Shown: positions 18,316-26,634 of the stretch, piece after piece
Layout of the letters: each line of letters begins with the position of its first letter
How positions within the stretch are numbered: the first letter of the stretch is position 1
Source of the DNA: Candidatus Poribacteria bacterium
GTDB taxonomy: Bacteria; Poribacteria; WGA-4E; WGA-3G
NCBI GenBank assembly: GCA_003635255.1
Contig: PYJC01000107.1
Coordinates: 11,367-75,366, forward strand
Length of the DNA: 64,000 bases
Reading direction: 5' to 3'
Translations under genes and position numbers: made by a program
Notes under the pieces: generated by a model
The model's database searches: none
What the model saw: only the letters and a program-made list of their open reading frames with translations
Told to the model about the DNA's origin: nothing

Positions 18316-19518
18316 ATGCCCAAAAAGATCGGTGTTTTAACAGGGGGTGGTGATACGAGTGCGCTCAACGCTACCCTTAAAGGCATCGCGCTGAAAGCCG
18401 AGGAACTCGGTTTTGAACTCATCGGATTCATGGAAGGCTGGCGTGGTGTCCTGAAAGGTGGTCGGTACTTTACGTTAACACCCGACCTGATTGATGAAAA
18501 CCGAGGCGGAACACTCTTAAAAAGTTCACGCACGAATCTGATTAAAGATAATAAGTTAGATGAGGCAGTAGACAATCTTAAAAAACTGGACATTAGTGGA
18601 CTCATTCCGATTGGTGGGGATGATACCTTAACCGTTGGCACAGCACTGTCTGATCAATTTACAACCACATTCGTGACGAAAACCATTGATAACGATGTCG
18701 GTGTTAATCCACCAGAGGGGGACGCTGTTGACTACTCTAAGATGGTGAACTATTTTTGTCCCGGCTTCCCTTCATCGGCAAATAGTGTTATCAATTACGT
18801 CCGAGACTTACGGACAACGACCTATTCCCATGACCGTGTGATTATCGTTGAAGCGATGGGTAGAGACGCGGGTTGGCTAACGTTATCTGCTGCTTACGGA
18901 CAAGCTGACCTGATCGTTGTCCCAGAAATCCCGTATCAACCGGATAGACTGGCAGAAGCGATCCGTGAAAAACACACCGAACAAGGTAATGTTATTGTCG
19001 TTGTCTCGGAGGGTATTCGGAATGACGATGGCGAACTGATGATTACATCGGAAGCGGAGCTCGACGCTTTCGGGCATACGAAACCGGGCGGATGCTCAGA
19101 GATTATCGTTGAAGCGATGAAGAAACGTCTCCCGGATATTTCGGAGTCGGCGTTCCGAGCCTTGATCCTTGGGTACCTCCAGAGGTGTGGCAGCCCGATA
19201 CCGTTGGATAGAGACATCGCTATGAAGGCGGGTGCTATGGCGGTGCAAGCCCTCTCAGACGGGATGTTCAACGGTGTTGCAACGATTACGCGAACGGATG
19301 CGGGTATTGAACCGACTTTGGAACCCTTACAACAAGTGTTACAGAGGGATGCCTCTGGACACGTTATCCGAAGAAGCCTGGATCTACGGTTTTACGATGC
19401 AGAACGGTATCAGATATCTCCGGCAGGTGTTGGATATTTCCGTCCGCTGTTCGGTGACTTGCCACGTCCAGATTGGTCTCTGGATGATCGCTTGATTGAG
19501 ATTGACGAGATTGGATAG
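18316..19518 (+). CDS. pfp: 6-phosphofructokinase, predicted pyrophosphate-dependent
   Basis: GVLTGGGDTSALNA, IGGDDTL, KTIDNDV and MGRDAGW motifs. The GGDD (Asp instead of Gly) and the Lys before TIDND are the residues classically associated with PPi rather than ATP use. The start is set at ATG 18316. Confidence 0.85.
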   Translation: MPKKIGVLTGGGDTSALNATLKGIALKAEELGFELIGFMEGWRGVLKGGRYFTLTPDLIDENRGGTLLKSSRTNLIKDNKLDEAVDNLKKLDISGLIPIGGDDTLTVGTALSDQFTTTFVTKTIDNDVGVNPPEGDAVDYSKMVNYFCPGFPSSANSVINYVRDLRTTTYSHDRVIIVEAMGRDAGWLTLSAAYGQADLIVVPEIPYQPDRLAEAIREKHTEQGNVIVVVSEGIRNDDGELMITSEAELDAFGHTKPGGCSEIIVEAMKKRLPDISESAFRALILGYLQRCGSPIPLDRDIAMKAGAMAVQALSDGMFNGVATITRTDAGIEPTLEPLQQVLQRDASGHVIRRSLDLRFYDAERYQISPAGVGYFRPLFGDLPRPDWSLDDRLIEIDEIG

Positions 19519-19542
19519 CCGTTAGGGCATTGGAATAGATTG

Positions 19543-19567
19543 AAGGCGCGGCTTGAAACCGCGCCTT
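19543..19567. terminator. Hairpin between convergent pfp and hsdR (9-bp stem AAGGCGCGG / CCGCGCCTT, loop CTTGAAA)
   Basis: Perfect inverted repeat in the 51-nt convergent intergenic gap. It belongs to the hairpin family seen elsewhere in the window. Confidence 0.45.
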
Positions 19568-19569
19568 AC

Positions 19570-22500
19570 TTAATTTCTGCTATAAACACTCTTTCCCTCA
19601 CCGTAGTAAGCGTCGTAGATATGCTGATAAATTGCCTCGGATTTTTGATTAAACAGTTCGGGTGTGTAAGGTTGCGGCAGCCCTTTATCCAGTATATTTC
19701 CAACAGCAAGTCTGACTTGTGCACGTGTTTGTGTATGTTTCCGCCAATCCAAGCCTAAATTTTCTCGTTTGAGTGTCTCAAGCATTTCCCTCACGGCATC
19801 TTTCACTTCATCCTGCTCTGGAGCGGTTAAATGAAGTTCGGGTTGTGTTAGAAGATCAAACACCGCCAATTCTTCTTCAGAGAGGTCTTCAGTACGGGCG
19901 CGTTGGTCTTCTTCGTTGAGGTCATTAACGAAATCAAAAAGTTTCTCAAAATAATCCGCAACATCAATCGTCCCCGCGTTGTATTCTGCGATCATCTGCT
20001 CAAATTTCCCCTGATAATCCATACGGCTCTTGTTGAGACGGATCATTCCAGTCAATTTGGTGTTGATTGCGCTCCTGAGTTTCTCCGCTTCGACGCGTTT
20101 GTGCTGCGTATTGAATCGTTCGCTTAACTGTTCAAAATCAATCTGACTTAGATCTATCGGTTCTGTATCGTATCCGTCAGCCGGTATCTCAATGAGATAG
20201 CCTTCAGGTGCGATGGACCGATCCAGCACCGCCTCAACGTCTGTCATGACATCGGAGATGTCAGCGGGTGGTGTCAAATTTCTAATTTTCTGCGCGATGA
20301 TATGGATAAGTTGACAGGTTCTGGTAAATTCATGGGCATCCGGATCAGGTAGAATCGCTTTGTATAGTTTGGTGATATTCGTTGCGAGTTGTAGATAGCG
20401 TTTTTTGGTTTCATCGTTAATCAGGATGCGTTCCATTGCGTCATTGATTTGGGCGATGTTTTGGAATGCGTCGTCCGTTTGGGCATTATCTAAGTCAATA
20501 CCGAGACCTCGGCAGAATTCGGTGATTTCGGTGATCGCCGTTCGGAGTTTTTTAATCAGTTCTGACTTATCAGCAATCGGTTTCTGGTTTCCTTCCAGGT
20601 CCGCACCCGTAGCATAAATCGCCAGTGCTTTTTCAAGATCACGGAAAACGCCAATATAGTCAACAATTAAGCCGTTATTTTTATCACCGTAGACGCGGTT
20701 GGCTCTGGCAATGGTCTGCATCAAAGTGTGGTTTCGCTGCGGTTTGTCGAGGTAGATCGTGGAACAGGAAGGGACATCGAAACCTGTGATCCACATTGCA
20801 CAGACGAAGACAATTCGGAAAGGGTCATTGGGGTCTTTGAATTTGGTGTCTAAATCCTCTGTGTTCATACGGGCGCGGTGGGGTGTGATGTCAACACCTT
20901 TTTCGTTAAGGTCGGCAATCTCGTTTTGCCCGGGAGAAACTACAACTGCCATATCAGTTTCTTCCATGTAGCGGATCCTTTGTTTCAAGAAGACCCGTTC
21001 ACTGCCGTGTAGCGTGGTTAATTCGGATTTCAGACGTTCAATGTACTGATTCCAATATTTCTGCACCTTATCGAACATTTTGACAGCAGTGGCTTTGTCG
21101 ATTGAGATGACCATGGCTTTCCCTTGATAGCCTCTACCCGTAAAGTGTTTAACGATATCTTCGGCGACGGTTTCCAATCGCTCACCTCGTGTGATAAGAT
21201 GGTATTCTCTGGTGAATTCGTGTTCAAGCTTTGCCTCTTGTGCTTCGTCGAGTTCAGCATCCTCAAGGACCTGTTCGATGTCTTCGTTAAGGTCCTCATT
21301 TGTCAATTGTAGCGAAGGCACACGGTTTTCATAGTAGAGTGGCACGGTCGCGCGATCCACAATAGATTGGTTGAAGTCGTAGACACTCACATAATCGCCG
21401 AACACCGACTTTGTTTTTTCTTCGCCAACCATGAGCGGTGTACCCGTAAATGCGATGAAGGCGGCGTTGGGGAGCGCGGTACGCATGTTCAAGGCGAGTG
21501 TATCGTATTGACTGCGATGCGCTTCATCGGTGATGACGACAATGTCTGACCGCTTCGAGAGGACAGGATGCCGCTCACCACCTTGCGTCTGAAACTTGTG
21601 GATAAGCGTGAAGATATAGCGATGGTCCTCGCTGAGGAGTTGACGGAGATGTTTTATATCTTCGGCATGCACCTCCTGCTGCGTGAGAACACCGCTTGTG
21701 CTGGCGAAAGTCTTGTAGGTTTGGTTATCCAATTCCTTGCGATCGGTTACGACAACGAATGTCCATTTTCCCAGTAGTTTTCTAAGCACTTTCTGTGCAA
21801 AAAAGAGCATTGAGATGCTTTTCCCGCTGCCCTGTGTATGCCAAAAGACACCGAGTTTGCCGTGGTTATCTTCAATCCGTTTCAGGGATTTGATGGTGTT
21901 GTTGACACCGAGATATTGATGGTTCTTGGCGAGAATTTTGATTAATCCGCCTTGTGCTTCCATAAATAGGATGAAGTTCTCAACGATGTCGAGCAATCTT
22001 TCGGGTGTGCAAAGTGCATGCAGGATTGTCTCTAAGGAGGCTTGAGGGGGTTCGTCCTCACTGTGAACGCGTTTCCATTCGGCGAAGTGCTCCCAATCAG
22101 CAGTGAGACTTCCTACCTTGCTATCTGTGCCGTTAGAGAGAAGTATAAAGGCATTGTACCAAAAGAGGTGTGGGATGGTGTCTTTGTAGTCTCGGAGGTT
22201 ATCGTCATAAGCGGCTTTGAGGTGGACATCAATCCGTTTGAACTCCATCAGCACTAACGGGATTCCGTTGACGAAACATACTATATCTGGACGTTTTGTG
22301 TACATCTCACCGGTGATCCAGAATTGGGATGCGGCGAAGAAATCGTTGTTCTCTGGGGTGTCCCAATCGATGACTTGCAGCACTTCAACGGTTTCGTCTT
22401 CACTGTCTGGATCGCTAAGGGTGACCTTCACGCCGTCTTTTAGGAGGGTATAAATTTCTCGGTTGGCTTCGACGGGACTCATGACTGCGCGGGATTGGGT

Positions 22501-22734
22501 GAGTTGCTCGATTGCCTTGGCAATAGCATCATTGGTTACAGTGGGATTGATGCGTTTTAAAGCGGTCTCCAATCGGACAGTTAGGACGACTTCGGATTTG
22601 GTTTGTCTACCGAGTGGACTCTCTTCCGCTTGTTCAAATTCGTTTTGGCAGTTTAGCGTCTCCCATCCGATTTCTTTAAGTAGGTTGATGGCGGGTTGTT
22701 CTATGAGTTGGTCTTCACTATATGGGTTCTGCAT
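19570..22734 (-). CDS. hsdR: Type I restriction enzyme, R subunit
   Basis: 1054 aa. N-terminal PD-(D/E)XK nuclease strand (RPDIVCFVNGIPLVLMEFKR), SF2 motor (HTQGSGKS Walker A, VVITDEAHRSQ DEAH box) and a helical C-terminal domain. It is in an operon with hsdM and hsdS. Confidence 0.95.
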   Translation of the reverse strand: MQNPYSEDQLIEQPAINLLKEIGWETLNCQNEFEQAEESPLGRQTKSEVVLTVRLETALKRINPTVTNDAIAKAIEQLTQSRAVMSPVEANREIYTLLKDGVKVTLSDPDSEDETVEVLQVIDWDTPENNDFFAASQFWITGEMYTKRPDIVCFVNGIPLVLMEFKRIDVHLKAAYDDNLRDYKDTIPHLFWYNAFILLSNGTDSKVGSLTADWEHFAEWKRVHSEDEPPQASLETILHALCTPERLLDIVENFILFMEAQGGLIKILAKNHQYLGVNNTIKSLKRIEDNHGKLGVFWHTQGSGKSISMLFFAQKVLRKLLGKWTFVVVTDRKELDNQTYKTFASTSGVLTQQEVHAEDIKHLRQLLSEDHRYIFTLIHKFQTQGGERHPVLSKRSDIVVITDEAHRSQYDTLALNMRTALPNAAFIAFTGTPLMVGEEKTKSVFGDYVSVYDFNQSIVDRATVPLYYENRVPSLQLTNEDLNEDIEQVLEDAELDEAQEAKLEHEFTREYHLITRGERLETVAEDIVKHFTGRGYQGKAMVISIDKATAVKMFDKVQKYWNQYIERLKSELTTLHGSERVFLKQRIRYMEETDMAVVVSPGQNEIADLNEKGVDITPHRARMNTEDLDTKFKDPNDPFRIVFVCAMWITGFDVPSCSTIYLDKPQRNHTLMQTIARANRVYGDKNNGLIVDYIGVFRDLEKALAIYATGADLEGNQKPIADKSELIKKLRTAITEITEFCRGLGIDLDNAQTDDAFQNIAQINDAMERILINDETKKRYLQLATNITKLYKAILPDPDAHEFTRTCQLIHIIAQKIRNLTPPADISDVMTDVEAVLDRSIAPEGYLIEIPADGYDTEPIDLSQIDFEQLSERFNTQHKRVEAEKLRSAINTKLTGMIRLNKSRMDYQGKFEQMIAEYNAGTIDVADYFEKLFDFVNDLNEEDQRARTEDLSEEELAVFDLLTQPELHLTAPEQDEVKDAVREMLETLKRENLGLDWRKHTQTRAQVRLAVGNILDKGLPQPYTPELFNQKSEAIYQHIYDAYYGEGKSVYSRN

Positions 22735-22740
22735 GGCTAT

Positions 22741-23232
22741 CTACTGATCAGAATCAGGGATGTCAATTCCTACCTCTCGGATCTTTTCTAAGAAATTTGG
22801 TGGTTCAATGACTTCAACCCCAAATTCAAATAAGGCTCGCTTGAGTTCCCGATCATCTACGAGATCCTTGTCATACGACACCAAAAATTGGACGCGTCCT
22901 GAGATAGCACAATCAATGAATTTATCATCCTTGGGGTCGCGACATAATTCAACTGATGAGGTAACCTCAACAATGTTTGCTCGGGGCAAAAGGTTGATGA
23001 GACGCATGGCTGCTGTGCGTGTATACTGAAGCTCTCGCATAAGAACCGGACGTAATAAAACCTCCCGAACTTCATCAACAATAGCCTGCGATAGCACAAG
23101 AATAAATCGACCATCAAGCCAAAGTGAGATCAGATGATTAGCGAGGTTCTCCTTCTGAATCAATGAACGGACAAAGATGTTGGTGTCAAACGTTGCTCGG
23201 TAAACGCGCCATCGTTGTTCATGCTCGTTCAC
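22741..23232 (-). CDS. PIN-domain nuclease (PIN_3 / putative TA-toxin type)
   Basis: Acidic quartet contexts ATFDTNIF, VDEV, DPKDDKF and SYDKDL in 163 aa. It stops 6 nt before the hsdR ATG. Confidence 0.8.
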   Translation of the reverse strand: MNEHEQRWRVYRATFDTNIFVRSLIQKENLANHLISLWLDGRFILVLSQAIVDEVREVLLRPVLMRELQYTRTAAMRLINLLPRANIVEVTSSVELCRDPKDDKFIDCAISGRVQFLVSYDKDLVDDRELKRALFEFGVEVIEPPNFLEKIREVGIDIPDSDQ

Positions 23233-23761
23233 GCCTCACCTCTGCGAGTGCTTCCTCAAAATGACGCATCACTTCTTCCTCTGGAATATCGGCAAAGGCA
23301 TTGTGGAAGTGTGCTACGGTTCTATTCCATTCTTCCCGAAACCGTTTGCGCTCATTTTCAACTTCGGTGCGGAAACGTGAAACGATGCGCTGCCACTGTG
23401 TTGATATAGAGTCATCACATTCTTGAATATCCGGTAGGAAAAAGACTTTGTCAGAAAAACCGCAATCCTTGACGACATGCCTGAGTTGATTGATAAGAGA
23501 ATTTGATTCTTGCTGATGCTGTTGGTCAGTAGCAGTGACGAAAATAATATAGTCATCTTGCTTGAAATAATTCTCAATCGCCTTCCTTAGGCTGCTGCTT
23601 ATAGGGATGCCTTTTGTATGACACTTGCGAAGTGTACTTCTTCCGGCTGTTCGGATAGCGATATCCCCAAGCTGCCTGAATCTGAAAAATTCGTTTTCCA
23701 AAAATCCGACTGCTTTGGCATCACCGTCCGATTGCAAATTCCAAACTCTCACGCTTAGCAT
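23219..23761 (-). CDS. Hypothetical 180-aa protein, partner of the upstream ATPase (possible degenerate TOPRIM/DUF4276/RloB-like N-terminus; helical C-terminal tail)
   Basis: Its ATG overlaps the ATPase stop (ATGCTAA) and its 3' end overlaps the PIN start by 14 nt. I am not confident of any family assignment. Confidence 0.6.
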   Translation of the reverse strand: MLSVRVWNLQSDGDAKAVGFLENEFFRFRQLGDIAIRTAGRSTLRKCHTKGIPISSSLRKAIENYFKQDDYIIFVTATDQQHQQESNSLINQLRHVVKDCGFSDKVFFLPDIQECDDSISTQWQRIVSRFRTEVENERKRFREEWNRTVAHFHNAFADIPEEEVMRHFEEALAEVRRERA

Positions 23762-24981
23762 AACGGCTCCTCCATAAGGTCTTGTAGCAGTCCGCTGTCA
23801 AAGACGGCACTGCCGATTCCGAAATCAGCGATCCAACCAGCCAGTGCTTCACGCTTATCGCGGATATCCTCAAGGTTGAGTACCTCCGTGCCGAGTCCGA
23901 GGCGATTACGTAGGAGTAAAACGCCAAGTGAATCCGATAAACTCTTAGAACTAAAGGTATCAAGGAGTTGCGAGCTATGTGTCGTGATTATCACCTGCGT
24001 TCGTTCGGCAATACGCTCAAGCACGTATGCGATTTCTTTTAGCACGCCAGGGTGCAGATTCCGTTCCGGTTCTTCAATAGCGATGAGCGGCGGTAATTCG
24101 CCCTGGTGAAGCAAGATATAATATGCGATGAGACGCAATGTGCCTTCAGATGCTTTTTGCAAAGATATGGGATGCTTATATCCTTCTAAAAGACAAAGTT
24201 GATTTCTCCCATCAATTTCGTTGAAATCCATTTTAAAATTTATAGAAGCAGCAAGGGAATCACTTACACAGTCAAAACGCTTTCGATCGCTCTTGTACCA
24301 TGATGAGAGGACCTCGCGTAATTTCATATGAAACCAAATATTGGATTGCTCAGCCATCTGTTCAGAACCCAGCGATAACATCGAAATCTGTTCATTAGGA
24401 GGCGAAGATGGGTATAACTCTTCCGGATCTAATCCTGGTGGACGATCTCGCATATGTCCTGGTTGAAAATCATAAAATTCCCAAGCTTTAATAAAATCTT
24501 TTAAAATCTCACTGTTAACAGGGGAATTTTCTTCATGAGTCCCAAAAGGTTTTGAAGTGATTTTTTCTGAAGTATTTATCGTTTCGTTCTTGTCATCTTT
24601 AACCAACACTTCATATTTTTGAGCCAGAATTGATACTATTTTCAAATCGTTAACTGATAATTCTTCGTCAAACACAAAATTGTTCACATCAGTTTTAAGC
24701 ACTAGATCATAACTAATTCGGGATCTTTCCACCTCGGCCTGTAATTGAATAGTAATATGGTCTGATGCCCCTGACCAGAAACGTTCTCGGATGAAGTCAG
24801 CAGGTAGTGGAGTTTCACGCGTCATAGTCTTTAGAAAGCGTAAGCCCCTCAAGACATTTGATTTTCCGCTTGCGTTGGGACCAACAAGAACTGTCAAAGG
24901 TTTTAGTGGAAGTGTAACGTTCCGCAAACTCAGGAAATTCTTGATATGAATTTTCACTAAAAACGCTTTCCTTTCAGACAT
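23755..24981 (-). CDS. ABC-type (AAA_21/AAA_15-like) ATPase
   Basis: Walker A GPNASGKSN, signature-like SEGTLRL, Walker B LIAIEEPERNLHP, then ITTHS. There is a long, visibly A/T-rich insertion between the two nucleotide-binding lobes. Confidence 0.85.
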   Translation of the reverse strand: MSERKAFLVKIHIKNFLSLRNVTLPLKPLTVLVGPNASGKSNVLRGLRFLKTMTRETPLPADFIRERFWSGASDHITIQLQAEVERSRISYDLVLKTDVNNFVFDEELSVNDLKIVSILAQKYEVLVKDDKNETINTSEKITSKPFGTHEENSPVNSEILKDFIKAWEFYDFQPGHMRDRPPGLDPEELYPSSPPNEQISMLSLGSEQMAEQSNIWFHMKLREVLSSWYKSDRKRFDCVSDSLAASINFKMDFNEIDGRNQLCLLEGYKHPISLQKASEGTLRLIAYYILLHQGELPPLIAIEEPERNLHPGVLKEIAYVLERIAERTQVIITTHSSQLLDTFSSKSLSDSLGVLLLRNRLGLGTEVLNLEDIRDKREALAGWIADFGIGSAVFDSGLLQDLMEEPLC

Positions 24982-25025
24982 GGATATTACCTCTGCTCAA
25001 TAGCGTTGAATTGTAAACACCAATT

Positions 25026-25034
25026 ATTGTAGCA
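25026..25034 (-). promoter_or_regulatory. Possible extended -10 element (TGCTACAAT) upstream of the ATPase gene
   Basis: The minus strand reads ...AATGTTATGCTACAATAATTGG... in the 108-nt hsdS-ATPase gap. GAGGT lies 8 nt before the ATG at 24981. The -35 is weak. Confidence 0.3.
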
Positions 25035-25089
25035 TAACATTGGCTTTTATGCGAATGAAAATCCACGATTAGTGAACGACAGCATTCGG

Positions 25090-26295
25090 TTATATACTGT
25101 CAGTGTCAATATCAAGTTCGGATACGTCAATCTCGCCGGAGATGAGTTTTGGGAGGAGGAGGTCGCGGGTTTGTTGGAGGTTGGTATTTTTCTCTGAAAG
25201 GTTCTGGACTTTCCTAAACATAGGCGCAACTATAGACTCAAATTGACCAAGTATATCCGAACTGGGATTTGGGAGAAAATAATCATTAAAACATTCATTG
25301 ACAACACGCTGCCTTCCTGTTGATCCTGTCATACTCTTAATAGCATTCTCTCTGAAATCGCGGATTTGTGCCAAAAGATAAACAAAATATGGATTTAACG
25401 TTTTAGACCTGAGAACGATAAATTCAGTGGATCCAAAAGCGACCTTATCATCGTCGGGCAAAAATTGGACAAAGCCTGTCCTGCCGTTTTCGAGACATGG
25501 AGTAATGCGTGCAAATAACGTGTCGCCATTTTTGAATTTTGCCCCACTATTTCCTTTTCTTGCTTCTATTTCAGTGATTAACATCGAACGCTCTGTTGCT
25601 GACTTCATCGGAACGAACGGCTTTATAGTGTCGCGTGGGACAGAAGTCTTTGGGTTTATAAACATAGCTTCACTTGCTGGAACTACTTTCCACCCTCGCG
25701 GTATCGGTCCCAGTGGTGATTCCACCATTGGGACTTTCTTATGTCCGGGAAATCGGAAGTGGACGAACCATTCTTGGTAGAGGGTTTGCGCCATGTCTTC
25801 AAGGATTTTGATGCGGCGGGTGTTGTTTTCGATGAGGTCGTCGTAGGTAGAGAGGACAGCAGCGATTTTGTGTTGAATGGGCATCGGTGGGCAAAAGATT
25901 TTGGATGTTTTCAAATACTTAAAATGTCTCTGGTAGCCGAAGTGTTCTAAAGGCAAGTTTCGCAGAGCATAATAAAGATAACGGATGTCAAAATCTTTCG
26001 TAGGGCGTATGAGCTGCGTCCCGTCTGCTCCCACTGCAAAGGGAAAATCAACATATTTCAAAGTGCATGTGTGGTCACCAAATATAATGACAGGAAGTTG
26101 TCCATCATAATTCCGCTCTGTATCATTTATATAGCCAGCAATAAAATCCTGCCCTTGGTCTATAACAGGGATGTTGCCACTCGGTAAATACTCAGATTTT
26201 TTTATCTTATGCTTTTTCCTGAGAGTTTTAATGTAGTCCCCAATTAGAACTTCGCTGTTTTGTATAGAATTATTCATTATCAACCTTAGAATCAT
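25090..26295 (-). CDS. hsdS: Type I restriction-modification system, specificity subunit
   Basis: Two variable target-recognition halves are separated by the conserved spacer PPMPIQHKIAAVLSTYDDLIENNTRRIKILEDMAQTLYQEWFVHFRFPG. The distal conserved helix is NLSEKNTNLQQTRDLLLPKLISGEIDVSELDI. The start may be the internal MNNSIQ (26277). Confidence 0.9.
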   Translation of the reverse strand: MILRLIMNNSIQNSEVLIGDYIKTLRKKHKIKKSEYLPSGNIPVIDQGQDFIAGYINDTERNYDGQLPVIIFGDHTCTLKYVDFPFAVGADGTQLIRPTKDFDIRYLYYALRNLPLEHFGYQRHFKYLKTSKIFCPPMPIQHKIAAVLSTYDDLIENNTRRIKILEDMAQTLYQEWFVHFRFPGHKKVPMVESPLGPIPRGWKVVPASEAMFINPKTSVPRDTIKPFVPMKSATERSMLITEIEARKGNSGAKFKNGDTLFARITPCLENGRTGFVQFLPDDDKVAFGSTEFIVLRSKTLNPYFVYLLAQIRDFRENAIKSMTGSTGRQRVVNECFNDYFLPNPSSDILGQFESIVAPMFRKVQNLSEKNTNLQQTRDLLLPKLISGEIDVSELDIDTDSI

Positions 26296-26455
26296 CAGAT
26301 TGCGTCTGATCTGTCTCAGATTTTAGGTCTACCTGAATTTCCACTTCTTCGGTTTCATCCCAATAATCGGTGAGGTCATGTGTGTCCCAAAATTCGCCGA
26401 TTTCTTCTGGTGTTGCATCGGGAGGGGGCATTGGGTCTCGTTCTTTGTTTTTCAT
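26270..26455 (-). CDS. Small acidic protein with a BrnA/CopG-antitoxin-like N-terminal motif (no DNA-binding part)
   Basis: PEEIGEFWDTHDLTDYWDETEEV resembles the N-terminal segment of BrnA-type antitoxins. The remaining residues are acidic low complexity. It sits between hsdM and hsdS. Confidence 0.45.
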   Translation of the reverse strand: MKNKERDPMPPPDATPEEIGEFWDTHDLTDYWDETEEVEIQVDLKSETDQTQSDDSKVDNE

Positions 26456-26634
26456 AATTCCAGTCCTTCCATATTATAATGCAAGTTGCCACCTATTGAT
26501 AAACATGGCACTCCGCTGGAGTGCGATCGCGTAAATACGCCATTTTCTATAGACATACCACCCCTCTGGGGTGAGAAAAACGCCTGAGAAATCTTCTTAA
26601 AACGTTCAACGCTTGTTATTAGCAACTTGGGTTA

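Noticed and set aside
25090-26295. Phase-variable hsdS (shufflon or inverted-repeat switching)
   Set aside because: There is only one hsdS, with no partial hsdS copies, no recombinase and no simple-sequence tract in or near the gene.
26523-26530. GCGATCGC (cyanobacterial HIP1 octamer) as a taxonomic clue
   Set aside because: I noticed only a single clear occurrence. The rest of the window does not show the high HIP1 density expected of cyanobacteria.
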